This document shows, in pieces, positions 54,842 to 64,000 of a stretch of DNA of 64,000 nt. Source of the stretch: Candidatus Hydrogenedentota bacterium (lineage in GTDB: Bacteria > Hydrogenedentota > Hydrogenedentia > Hydrogenedentales > JAEUWI01); assembly GCA_034669905.1 (NCBI GenBank), contig JAXMOL010000007.1:32001-96000 (forward strand), written 5' to 3'. Under the pieces are notes generated by a model. That model ran no database searches. It saw only the letters and a list, made by a program, of their open reading frames with translations, and had not been told where the DNA came from. Made by a program: the position numbers and the translations under genes. The stretch's first letter is position 1; every line of letters begins with the position of its first letter.

Positions 54842-56221
54842 CTACTTCATGCCGCAACGCCGCCGAGCCTGCTTCAGGGCCGCACGCACCCGACGGGGCG
54901 CCGTACCCCCCGGATTGTCCCGGCGCTTGACGATGGCCTCCGGGGTAAGTACCTGGAATACGTCCTGCTCAAAGCAGTCCGAGAACGTCTTGTAGACGCT
55001 GAGGGACAGGGCCGGCAAGGTGGTGTTTTCCTGGGTGCAATGCAACACGATCCGTCCAATGATACCATGTGCTTCGCGAAAGGGCACGCCCTTCATCACC
55101 AGGTAATCTGCCAGGTCGGTCGCTTCCATAAAGCCTTCGGCCGTGGCCTGGGCCATGGCATCCCGCTGAATGGCGATAGATGGGATCATGCGGGTGAAGA
55201 CGGCGAGGCACAATTGTACGGTGTCCGACGCGTCGAAGAGGGCTTCCTTGTCTTCCTGCAAATCCCGGTTGTAGGTCATGGGCAGGCCCTTCATCAGGGT
55301 CAGCAGGGCCGTCAGGTCGCCATAGACCCGACCCGTCTTGCCCCGCACCAATTCCGCCACATCGGGGTTTTTCTTCTGGGGCATGATGCTGGAGCCCGTG
55401 GTGAAGGCATCGCCGATTTCCACGAAAGCAAAGGCCGGGCTCGACCAGAGGATGAGCTCTTCGCTGAAGCGGGAGAGGTGCATCATGATAAGGGAAGCGC
55501 CCGCACTGAACTCGATCATGTGATCCCGGTCGGATACGGCGTCCATGCTGTTCTTGGAGATGCCGTCGAATTCGAGCAGATCGGCCACCTGTTTGCGGTC
55601 AATGGGGTAGGGGGTGCCTGCCATGGCCGCCGAACCCAGGGGCAGGATGTTAACCCGCTTGCGCAATTGGGTGAAGCGCTCCGTATCCCGGGCGAGCATT
55701 TCCACATAGGCGAGGAGGTGGTGGGCAAAGAGCACGGGCTGGGCATTCTGTAAATGGGTGAAGCCGGGAAGGATGACGTCAATGTGCCCTTCCGCCAAGG
55801 TAATAAGGGCCGCCTGCAGTTCATTGAGCAGGTCGATGATGGTGTCGATCTGGTCCCGCATCCAGAGGCGCATGTCCGTGGCAATCTGGTCATTGCGGCT
55901 GCGGCCCGTGTGGAGCCGTTTGCCCGCATCGCCGATGCGCGCGACCAAGGCGGCCTCGATGTTGGTGTGCACATCCTCCATCGCCGTATCCCAGGTCATC
56001 TCGCCGGCGGCAATGGACTTGTCGATGGCTTTCAGGCCCTGGATGATTTTTTTTACCTCGGCCTTGGCAATGATATCGCAGTCACCCAGCATGGTGGCGT
56101 GGGCGATGCTCGCCCGAATGTCCCACGGGGCAAGGCGGGAGTCATAGCTCACCGACTCTCCGAGGATTTCGACCAGGTTATCGGTCTTGCCTTCAAAACG
56201 ACCACCCCAGAGTTTGCTCAT
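54842..56221 (-). CDS. argH: Argininosuccinate lyase
   Basis: KLWGGRF, HTGRSRNDQ, PGFTHLQ, GSSIMPQKKNPD. Confidence 0.97.
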   Translation of the reverse strand: MSKLWGGRFEGKTDNLVEILGESVSYDSRLAPWDIRASIAHATMLGDCDIIAKAEVKKIIQGLKAIDKSIAAGEMTWDTAMEDVHTNIEAALVARIGDAGKRLHTGRSRNDQIATDMRLWMRDQIDTIIDLLNELQAALITLAEGHIDVILPGFTHLQNAQPVLFAHHLLAYVEMLARDTERFTQLRKRVNILPLGSAAMAGTPYPIDRKQVADLLEFDGISKNSMDAVSDRDHMIEFSAGASLIMMHLSRFSEELILWSSPAFAFVEIGDAFTTGSSIMPQKKNPDVAELVRGKTGRVYGDLTALLTLMKGLPMTYNRDLQEDKEALFDASDTVQLCLAVFTRMIPSIAIQRDAMAQATAEGFMEATDLADYLVMKGVPFREAHGIIGRIVLHCTQENTTLPALSLSVYKTFSDCFEQDVFQVLTPEAIVKRRDNPGGTAPRRVRAALKQARRRCGMK

Positions 56222-56417
56222 GCGGGTACCTCTTCCTTCATACTACCTGTGGTCCGGGTGGACCGCCCATTACCAAGCATTCCAAAATGTTCGATGCAAA
56301 CCCCTATCATAGCGGATTCTCCGGGGTGGATTCGAAAAAGGCGGGGCCATAGCTGCCGCGCTTTGTTCCAGATTTTTGTGCCGGGTACTGCGCCCGGCGT
56401 CACAAGGAGCTATTGTA

Positions 56418-57254
56418 ATGTCCTGTATTTTCCGCGCGATGTCGCTTTCGGCATTACTCTATATTTCCCTCGTCACGGGGGCGACGACCCCGCCGCCGAC
56501 CCCGGGCGTCGAAGGGTTTCATCATGGAGAGCTATCCCTTGAGCGGGGCGGGGCCCTGAACTATTACCACCGTCCGGGGGAAGGCCCCACCCTGGTGCTG
56601 GTGCCGGGGACCTGGGGCGGGATCTGGCGCTTCGAATCACTCATTACGCGCTTGCCCCCGATGATGGACATTGCCGTGGTGGAGTTGTGCTGGCAAGACA
56701 AGCGCACACCGGCCACCCTCGATATGGATATGGTGCAGATTTCCGACGATGTGCTCCGCGCTATTGAGGCCATGAAGCTCAAGCAATTCGTTATCGCGGG
56801 CCACAGTATTGGTGGCATGATTGCCGTCGAAATTGCCGGACGCGATCTGCCCGGTCTGGTGGGTGCCATCCCCATGGAAGGCTGGACCCATCACACGGTG
56901 GTCAAGACGGCCTTCGACGGCGTGGTGGTGAACAACCTGACGGAAGAGGAAGAGGCCCTTCGTGCGGCGGACCGTGCCCGGGGACTGGATCACCTCTCCG
57001 ACGCGGAGCGCCATGCCATTGGAAGCATCTGGAAAGGGTGGAATGGCTACGCCGGCCTGGAGCGCTCCACGGTTCCTATCTTGCAGCTCTGGGGCGACCG
57101 GAGTGCACCCCGTCCCGATTGGAAGGCTTTGCAGATTCCGGAACGGGACAATATCACCATCGGTTGGATTGCCAATGCTTCCCACCTTATGCTGCTGGAA
57201 GATCCCGATGCCGTAGCCCGCTTCGTGGCGGACTTTATGGCGAAGCTACGCTGA
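56418..57254 (+). CDS. Secreted alpha/beta hydrolase
   Basis: GHSIGG nucleophile elbow, WGDRS, ASH; signal-like N-terminus; AAGGAG RBS. Confidence 0.85.
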   Translation: MSCIFRAMSLSALLYISLVTGATTPPPTPGVEGFHHGELSLERGGALNYYHRPGEGPTLVLVPGTWGGIWRFESLITRLPPMMDIAVVELCWQDKRTPATLDMDMVQISDDVLRAIEAMKLKQFVIAGHSIGGMIAVEIAGRDLPGLVGAIPMEGWTHHTVVKTAFDGVVVNNLTEEEEALRAADRARGLDHLSDAERHAIGSIWKGWNGYAGLERSTVPILQLWGDRSAPRPDWKALQIPERDNITIGWIANASHLMLLEDPDAVARFVADFMAKLR

Positions 57255-57498
57255 AACGGTAGAGCCCAACGTGGGATAGGCGTCTCGCCCACCTTCGGCG
57301 CGTCGATGACCTGTCATGGCGTGTCGTGGGTGTCCGGGAATCCGATTGTCCTGGTACGTGTCTCAGGCCCTTATTAAAAGAGGGGGACGGCCCCGACGTC
57401 CGAGTGATTGCGTGTTTTTGGGGAGTACGTGCTCGCCCTCCCATCGTCATTGTCATGTCGTGGTCTACGGCGTCGGTGCAGTCCCCGCACCCTCACCA

Positions 57499-57533
57499 TC
57501 AGCTGTCAACCGTCAACTATCAACTATCAACTA
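57499..57533. repeat. 7-nt tandem repeat (TCAACTA-type, 5 units)
   Basis: tcagctg tcaaccg tcaacta tcaacta tcaacta. Confidence 0.75.
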
Positions 57534-58922
57534 TCCCAACAATTCCTTCATGCCGTCGGTCATGAGATCATCGACACTGGGGTCGCAGAAGGCCACGGAA
57601 CATTCATAGCCGCCGGTGGGGTATTCTTCTTTGGTGGGGATGTACCACGGGCCACCATCGCCATAGGCCGCCGTGGCCACGAAACGATCTTTCGCCAGGT
57701 CCTGGGCGCGCAATTGATACTCGATAAAGCACTCCGCAGGGAGGTGGAGCAGGCTGATGTCGTTGACCATCAAGGAGCTCAGCACGATGGGCGTGCCCTT
57801 TTCTACCCGCCGCAACCAACTCAGGGTGTAGGAGGGCCGGTTTCGATTCACCACCGAGTTGTCGTGATTATCGATTTCCCTGGCGAGGGCTTCCGCGTCG
57901 TATTTCTTGTTGGCCGGAGGCATAAGGTCGGCCGTGCGCCAAGCGATTTCCTTCAGAGGGACGGGCTTCAACGTGGCTTCAGAGCGGAGAATACCGGCGT
58001 ACATCTTTGCCGTCAGCTCCGCACGAACCGGGTGGGAACCGTCGTTGTATTTACCGGCAGAAATGTTGCCCGCGCATCCCGTGAAGTAGATGTGCGTGCA
58101 GTCGGGCTCTTCTGCCTGCCGCTTCTTTCGTGCGAGCCCGGCGAAATCACTGGTCACCATGCCGTCCCCGTAGTAACTCATGGGATGGGTCGCATAGTAG
58201 TGGGAAGAGACAATCTTTTCATCGCCATCGTAAAAGGCCACCGTCTTCAGGAAGGGGTCGATGATACCCTCCGGCATGGCGCGCAACTCGGGATCTTTGC
58301 AGCTGCTGCCCCGCATGGCTTTGACGGTGCCATCGGGATTGCGGGATACCCGGCGGTTGGAAGCGACTTCCTTTACCTCACCCTGGCCATGGGCCACATG
58401 GGTGACGGTGCGGGCCTTCTTCAGGCCCTCCGTAACGGCCGCACGACCGCGCGCCAGGCACTCCTGAAAATAATCCCGTTCCACAATATGGGGCAGGTCG
58501 CCCTGGGCTTCCACGATGGCCTCGGAATTCAGACAGGCAAAGGGGGCGTTGTGCTGGTGTACACACTGAACCGCGACCCGCTCGGGGGTGGTGCCCGCCG
58601 CTTCGGCCAGGGCGGTGCGCCAGGCGATGTGGGCATCGTTCAGGAGCCCGGTCCAGTCGACCGCACACAAAACGATGGGCTTTCCGGCACCCAGCAAGAC
58701 ATAGCCGATGGCCTCCAGCTTATCGTCGACTCCGACGACGGGCTTGATCCACCCGCCACAGAGGGAATGGCCTTCGGGGGGCGTCACGTCGAAGCGAAAG
58801 GGGGCGATCTGGAGCGATTCTACGGCTTGGGGGGCACCGTTGGCTTCGCCGGGGGCGAGGGTCCAACCCATAAAGGAGGCCGCGAGGGACTGGGCGAGGA
58901 ATTGTCGACGTGAGGGGGCCAT
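57531..58922 (-). CDS. Tat-exported ceramidase-N-terminal-like hypothetical hydrolase
   Basis: SRRQFL; DVTPP, VHQHNAP, SNRR, YATHP, GCAGN, HLPAECFIEY, YIPT...GGYE. Confidence 0.72.
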   Translation of the reverse strand: MAPSRRQFLAQSLAASFMGWTLAPGEANGAPQAVESLQIAPFRFDVTPPEGHSLCGGWIKPVVGVDDKLEAIGYVLLGAGKPIVLCAVDWTGLLNDAHIAWRTALAEAAGTTPERVAVQCVHQHNAPFACLNSEAIVEAQGDLPHIVERDYFQECLARGRAAVTEGLKKARTVTHVAHGQGEVKEVASNRRVSRNPDGTVKAMRGSSCKDPELRAMPEGIIDPFLKTVAFYDGDEKIVSSHYYATHPMSYYGDGMVTSDFAGLARKKRQAEEPDCTHIYFTGCAGNISAGKYNDGSHPVRAELTAKMYAGILRSEATLKPVPLKEIAWRTADLMPPANKKYDAEALAREIDNHDNSVVNRNRPSYTLSWLRRVEKGTPIVLSSLMVNDISLLHLPAECFIEYQLRAQDLAKDRFVATAAYGDGGPWYIPTKEEYPTGGYECSVAFCDPSVDDLMTDGMKELLG

Positions 58923-59191
58923 GAGAGGTGCTCCAATGTTGTTACTACAAGGTGTGCTGGAATTGCCGCTTTCCAGCCCGATACGGCCATTTAAGCAAAG
59001 TCGGGCCCATAACGCAAGCCAGCGGGGAGAATTTTGCGTGTTTCTGTGAGTTTTTCATTTGGCGAAGATTATCGTATACTTAGATAAGCATTGCCATAAG
59101 ATTCTAAATCGCCGGAAGTAGAAATTTCGGGTGGTGGGTGTTCCTCGCTTGTTTTTATCGGGGAAAACACCCGAACTGAGGAGAGCATGAC

Positions 59192-61696
59192 ATGGGGCCT
59201 GGCCCACATCAGACAAAGCGGCTTATGGAAGTTCACGGCACGGCGAATAGCCTGTGGCGGTGGGGGAGCGCTGTCGGGATGTCGGCCCTGGGTTGCATGA
59301 CGGTCTTCGCCAGTCCCCCGGCACCGGACTCCCCCCAGTTTTTTGAAACCGAGATTCGCCCCATCCTGGCGTCTTCCTGCGTCAAGTGCCACGGTGAGTC
59401 CAAGCAGAAGGGCGGGCTTCGCCTTGATACCGGTGCCACCCTGCTTGCAGGCGGTGAATCGGGTGCCGTCGTGGTGCCCGGTAATGCGGATGCCAGTGTA
59501 CTTATCCAGGCGGTGCGCTATAGCGACCTGGAAATGCCTCCCAACGAACAGCTGCCAGAAAAACAGGTTGCCGCCCTGACGGCCTGGGTAAACGCCGGTG
59601 CCCCCTGGCCCGAACATGGCGAGGCCGTGCGGGAAGCCGCAAACGTCATTACGGAAGCCGACCGTAACTGGTGGGCCTTTCAGCCCCTGTCCGATCCCCC
59701 GGTTCCCAAAACCATAGGGGACAATTGGTCCCGCAATGCCATTGACCGCTTTGTCTACCAGCGCCTCGCTGAGGAGGAAATGGCGCCGGCACCCCGGGCC
59801 GACAAACGGGTGCTGGTGCGCCGCCTGTATTTCGATCTGCTGGGCCTGCCGCCCACGCCCGAAGAAGTGGATGCTTTCGTTAATGACCCCTCGCCCTATG
59901 CCTATGAGTTGCTCGTGGATAAGTTGCTGGAAGATCCGCGCTACGGCGAACACTGGGCGCGTTTCTGGCTCGACCTGGTCCGCTATGCCGAGTCGGATGG
60001 CTGGAATAAGGATAGTTATCGGCCCCTCATCTGGCGCTACCGTGATTACGTGGTCAACGCACTGAACGACGACAAGCCCTACACGACGTTTGTGCAGGAG
60101 CAACTGGCGGGCGATGAGATTGGGGAAGACGACCCGGAAGATATTATCGCCACCGGCTACTTGCGCCTGGGGATTTACGAATACAACCAACGTGATGCCA
60201 AGTCCCACTGGAATGACATCATGAACGAAATTACCGATGTGACGGGCAATGTCTTCTTTGGTCTTTCCATGTCATGCAGTCGTTGTCATGATCACAAGTT
60301 TGACCCCCTCATGCAGCGGGACTATTTCAGTCTCCGCGCCTTTTTCGAACCGCTCATCTGGCGCGACGATATCCTCGCCGCCACGGAGGAAGAAAAATCC
60401 GCGTGGGAGGTGAAGAATGCCAAGTGGGAAGAAGCCACGGCGGCCATTCGCGCGGAGATGGATGCCCTGATCGCACCGGTCCACGAAAAGAAATGGGCCT
60501 CGACGGTCGACAAGTTCCCGCTGGATATCCAGGATTGTTTCAATAAGCCCAAGAGCGAGCGTACATCCTGGGAACATCAGATGGCCTACCTCGTGGCCCG
60601 TCAGTTTACGGACGAAGGGGGCGGTCCCCTCGCTGGCATGTCCAAAGAAGACAAGGCCAAGCTGGAAGAACTCAAGAAATCGCTCTCGGCGTTCGACGAG
60701 CTGAAGCCGGAACCTCTGCCCCCGGTAATGGCGGTGCGCGACTTTGACGGTGCCATTGCGCCGACGCTCATTCCGGAAGATTCCTCGCAGACCCCGGTGG
60801 AACCCCGTTTCCTGACCGTCCTTGCCCGCAACAACCTGGGGGAGAAGCCCCGGTTTCCGGACCAGCCCAACACCACGGGACGGCGCACCGCCCTGGCGAA
60901 GTGGATCGGGCGGGATGACAATCCCCTCACGACCCGCGTCATTGTGAACCGTATCTGGCAACAGCACTTTGGCGAAGGCATCGTGCCTTCGGCGAGTGAC
61001 TTTGGCCACTTAGGCCAGCCGCCGTCTCATCCCGAATTGCTGGACTGGCTCACCACCCGATTTGTAGAACAGGGCTGGCACTTTAAGGCCCTTCACAAAG
61101 AAATTCTTATGTCGGCCACGTGGCAGCAGTCGGTGAGCCACCCGGAAGTGGCGACCTACCTGGAAAAAGATCCTGCCGAGCAACTGCTCTGGCGCCAACG
61201 GGTTCGCCGTTTACGGGCCGAGCAACTGCGCGATGCCCTGCTCACCGTGAGTGGCGAAATGGATGCGAAAATTGGTGGGCCAAGCGTAGACAGCAAGGTG
61301 CCCCGTCGGGCCCTGTATGTGCGCAGCAAGCGGAATTCTCCCGAGCCTTTCATGTATGCCTTTGATATGGCGAATGGCCTGACCAGTGTGTCTCAGCGAA
61401 CCATCACCACGACGCCTACGCAGGCCCTGTTGATGATTAACGGCGATTATGTGTTGGCACGGGCCATTAAGTTTGGTGGACGGATTCGCCACAGTGGTTC
61501 GGAGACCTGTGCCGGCGCGCTGACCCATGGCTTCCGATTGGCCTGGGGCCGTGAGCCCACCGAGGTGGAATTGCAACGGGCCCTCGATTTTATCGGTGTT
61601 ACGGCAGAGACCAATCCGAAAGAAATGGTTTCCGCGCGCCTTATAGATTTCAGCCATGTGCTACTCAATTCCAACGAGTTTCTATATGTGGACTAA
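59192..61696 (+). CDS. Planctomycete cytochrome c / DUF1549 / DUF1553 (PSD1) protein
   Basis: FFETEIRPIL..CVKCHG, WWAFQP, RRLYFDLLGLPP, CSRCHDHKFDP, RVIVNRIWQQHFG, LLNSNEFLYVD; start uncertain. Confidence 0.92.
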   Translation: MGPGPHQTKRLMEVHGTANSLWRWGSAVGMSALGCMTVFASPPAPDSPQFFETEIRPILASSCVKCHGESKQKGGLRLDTGATLLAGGESGAVVVPGNADASVLIQAVRYSDLEMPPNEQLPEKQVAALTAWVNAGAPWPEHGEAVREAANVITEADRNWWAFQPLSDPPVPKTIGDNWSRNAIDRFVYQRLAEEEMAPAPRADKRVLVRRLYFDLLGLPPTPEEVDAFVNDPSPYAYELLVDKLLEDPRYGEHWARFWLDLVRYAESDGWNKDSYRPLIWRYRDYVVNALNDDKPYTTFVQEQLAGDEIGEDDPEDIIATGYLRLGIYEYNQRDAKSHWNDIMNEITDVTGNVFFGLSMSCSRCHDHKFDPLMQRDYFSLRAFFEPLIWRDDILAATEEEKSAWEVKNAKWEEATAAIRAEMDALIAPVHEKKWASTVDKFPLDIQDCFNKPKSERTSWEHQMAYLVARQFTDEGGGPLAGMSKEDKAKLEELKKSLSAFDELKPEPLPPVMAVRDFDGAIAPTLIPEDSSQTPVEPRFLTVLARNNLGEKPRFPDQPNTTGRRTALAKWIGRDDNPLTTRVIVNRIWQQHFGEGIVPSASDFGHLGQPPSHPELLDWLTTRFVEQGWHFKALHKEILMSATWQQSVSHPEVATYLEKDPAEQLLWRQRVRRLRAEQLRDALLTVSGEMDAKIGGPSVDSKVPRRALYVRSKRNSPEPFMYAFDMANGLTSVSQRTITTTPTQALLMINGDYVLARAIKFGGRIRHSGSETCAGALTHGFRLAWGREPTEVELQRALDFIGVTAETNPKEMVSARLIDFSHVLLNSNEFLYVD

Positions 61697-61805
61697 AGGC
61701 TATTCAGGTGTCCTTTTGTTACTTCTCTTTCAGTATGAGTTAGCGCCATTTTCTTGAACAAATACGATTTGCCCAATAAATGCCGCACGATGGAGGACTA
61801 AGAAA

Positions 61806-62369
61806 GTGAGTAAGAAACAGGAACCAGCGTATCCGAATTTTACTTGGGACGAATATTTTTGGATAACTACCGCCAGACTTCCCAGTTGGAGTGGGTGTGA
61901 TTCTCGGAATGCTCATGGAGGCAAATCAGAAGGCGAGATCGTATGGTTTTGTTTTGCACCCGAACGGAGGGGTGAGGAACCCTTAACCGAGGACGAAATA
62001 GCCTCGGTTCAGTGGATTATCGATCATGAGGAGGCGATTCATGATTCGTTGTTGCAAGGGTTGTTCAAGCACTACCCGAGCATCAGGGAATTAGAGTCGG
62101 AGAATATTGAAGAGGAAGAAATCGAAAAGCTCCTTCCCGCCGTTGATACACCTGCGGACTTCAATAAGTACATTGGAATCCATTGTATCAATGTCCATCA
62201 GATTGATGGCGGCGAAGCACCGTATTTCGGTATAGAGTTGTGGTGTCCGTGGGATGAGGATCATACCCAGGGGATATTGATGCATGGGATTGAAGTGTTA
62301 GAGGTTGGCGGCGTTGATGTGGCAGTCACCCTATACATCGCCGAGAACTATGCTAAGAAGAAGCTATAG
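61806..62369 (+). CDS. Acidic hypothetical protein (DUF6985/DUF2004-like), copy 1
   Basis: GIELWCPWDEDHTQGILMHG motif; lower GC than flanks. Confidence 0.65.
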   Translation: MSKKQEPAYPNFTWDEYFWITTARLPSWSGCDSRNAHGGKSEGEIVWFCFAPERRGEEPLTEDEIASVQWIIDHEEAIHDSLLQGLFKHYPSIRELESENIEEEEIEKLLPAVDTPADFNKYIGIHCINVHQIDGGEAPYFGIELWCPWDEDHTQGILMHGIEVLEVGGVDVAVTLYIAENYAKKKL

Positions 62370-62527
62370 GGTGAAGAAACTGTTTTTTTGTTTGGCTTAA
62401 TCACGCAAACTGGCGTCCGTCTCATCCGTGGATAAAATTGTTTGAGGCTGTCCCGGCAGTGTCTTACACTTTCTAACAAGTCTGTAACCCCGATGTTCAG
62501 AACACGGCGCATCGAGGAGCTAAGAGA

Positions 62528-63094
62528 ATGGGCGAAGAAACAAGACCAGAGTTTCCAACCTTTGCCTGGGATGTGTGTTCTTGGACAACGACCGCCCAAC
62601 TCCCCAGTTGGCATGGGTGTGGGAGCAAGAATGGCTGTGGGGAGTATTCCCGATCAGACGGGGATATTGTGGCGTTTGATTTTGCTCCCGACGACCGGGG
62701 GGATGAGCCGTTGACGGAAGCGGAGATAAACCTTGTGCGCTGGGTAGTCGACCATGAAAAAGAAGTACATGACGCGATCTTAGAGGGACTCTTTGAGAAT
62801 CATCCGGGCATCCGGGAAGAATGGCTGGAGTACATACCGGAGGGTCAAGTCGAAAGATGCGTTCCGGCGGTCGGTTCGCCCGAGGATTTTGATAATTACA
62901 TAGGCATTAACGCAATTTACGTTCATCAGATTGACGATGGCCAGGCACCCTATATTGGCATCGAGTTGTGGTGTCCCTGGGATGACGATCATACCCAGGG
63001 GATCTTGATGCATGGCACCGACGTCCTTGAGATCGGTGACGCTATGCTGGCGATTACACTGGACTATGCCACGAAGCACGCCCAAGGGAAATAG
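62528..63094 (+). CDS. Acidic hypothetical protein (DUF6985/DUF2004-like), copy 2
   Basis: GIELWCPWDDDHTQGILMHG; colinear with copy 1. Confidence 0.65.
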   Translation: MGEETRPEFPTFAWDVCSWTTTAQLPSWHGCGSKNGCGEYSRSDGDIVAFDFAPDDRGDEPLTEAEINLVRWVVDHEKEVHDAILEGLFENHPGIREEWLEYIPEGQVERCVPAVGSPEDFDNYIGINAIYVHQIDDGQAPYIGIELWCPWDDDHTQGILMHGTDVLEIGDAMLAITLDYATKHAQGK

Positions 63095-63130
63095 AGCGAA
63101 CCCGGCGTATTGACGAAGGAGAAGATTCTC

Positions 63131-64000
63131 GTGTCATCACGAATTTGCAAACAGCTTGGACAACCCCATCACGATGTGTCCCATTCCCGTCGGGAATTCT
63201 TGCGGCGCAGTGGGGTTGGTTTCGGGGCCCTGGCCCTGGGTGCCCTCATCGGACAGGAATCCAGTCATGCTATCCCGGCCAAGGTAGCCCACGCGGCGGC
63301 CCAGGCCAAGAGTGTGATCTTTCTGTTTATGGAAGGGGGCCCCAGTCACCTCGATCTGCTGGACCCCAAGCCCCTGCTCAATAAGCTGGCGGGCAAGCCC
63401 ATTCCCGAGAGCTTTAACGAGCCCATTACGGCCATGGGTGAGAAGGGCTCGCCCCTGCTCCCCGCCCCGCGCACGTGGAAACAGCACGGCGAGAGCGGCC
63501 TCTGGGCTTCCGAATGGATTCCTCATATTGCAGAGTGCGTCGATGACCTGGCCGTGATTCGCTCCTGCTGGACCAATGGCATCAACCACTCCGGTGGTGT
63601 GTGTCAGATGAACACCTGCACCAATGTGGCCGGACGGCCATCCCTGGGGGCGTGGGTAGACTATGGCCTCGGTTCGGCTAACCAGAACCTGCCGTCTTTC
63701 GTGGTGCTGTGCGACAACAAGGGGCGGCCGGTCAATGGTCCGCGCAACTGGGGCAGTGGTTTTATCCCCGCGTCCCACCAGGGCGTGCGCATTAATGGCG
63801 CGAGCGCTGAGCCCATTGCCAATCTCCATTTTCCCAAAGACCATGATGCCGAGCGGCAATACAATAAGCTGGCCTTCCTTAATGCCTACAACCGTGACCA
63901 TGCCGCCCAGCACGCCGAAGAAAGTGAACTGGAAGCCCGTATCGAGAGTTACGAGCTGGCCTTCCGGATGCAGGCCGAGGCCCCCGAAGCTGTCGACCTC
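63131..64000 (+). CDS. DUF1501 family Tat protein (5' part, runs off the window; not in ORF track)
   Basis: GTG after AAGGAG; SRREFL...GFGALAL; AKSVIFLFMEGGPSHLDLLDPKP; RPSLGAWVDYGLGS; YELAFRMQ. Confidence 0.92.
   Translation, partial: MSSRICKQLGQPHHDVSHSRREFLRRSGVGFGALALGALIGQESSHAIPAKVAHAAAQAKSVIFLFMEGGPSHLDLLDPKPLLNKLAGKPIPESFNEPITAMGEKGSPLLPAPRTWKQHGESGLWASEWIPHIAECVDDLAVIRSCWTNGINHSGGVCQMNTCTNVAGRPSLGAWVDYGLGSANQNLPSFVVLCDNKGRPVNGPRNWGSGFIPASHQGVRINGASAEPIANLHFPKDHDAERQYNKLAFLNAYNRDHAAQHAEESELEARIESYELAFRMQAEAPEAVDL

Noticed and set aside
63137..63913. 258-aa minus-strand ORF at the window end
   Set aside because: Antisense shadow of the DUF1501 gene running off the window on the plus strand.

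Overview
GC-rich bacterial chromosomal window with about 44 genes. I found no rRNA, tRNA, CRISPR array or intact transposase. The mix of long Gly-Glu-repeat surface proteins, PEP-CTERM proteins and PSD1/DUF1553-DUF1501 genes suggests Candidatus Hydrogenedentota or a similar lineage (inference only). Core genes: mltD-like, lptF/lptG, moxR, csoR-copA with a clear promoter/operator, mutY, glycerate kinase, ruvC, amtB-glnK, argH and an HD-GYP response regulator. Most notable observations: (1) a signal-peptide-less protein behind a perfect sigma-28 promoter, ending in an FrpC-type Asp-Pro self-processing module without RTX repeats; (2) two tandem (Gly-Glu)n surface proteins sharing a Cys-containing C-terminal putative sorting signal; (3) a 129-aa PD-(D/E)XK nuclease translationally coupled to a Dam-type methyltransferase; (4) a DUF4160 toxin gene, absent from the ORF track, broken by one nonsense codon beside an intact DUF2442 antitoxin; (5) two immunity-like paralogs inserted between DUF1553 and DUF1501 genes; (6) a low-GC, Cys-rich insert in a 2085-aa surface protein; (7) two PEP-CTERM genes with matching sigma-54 promoters, tails and terminators. 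All family calls come from motif recognition by eye, not database searches.
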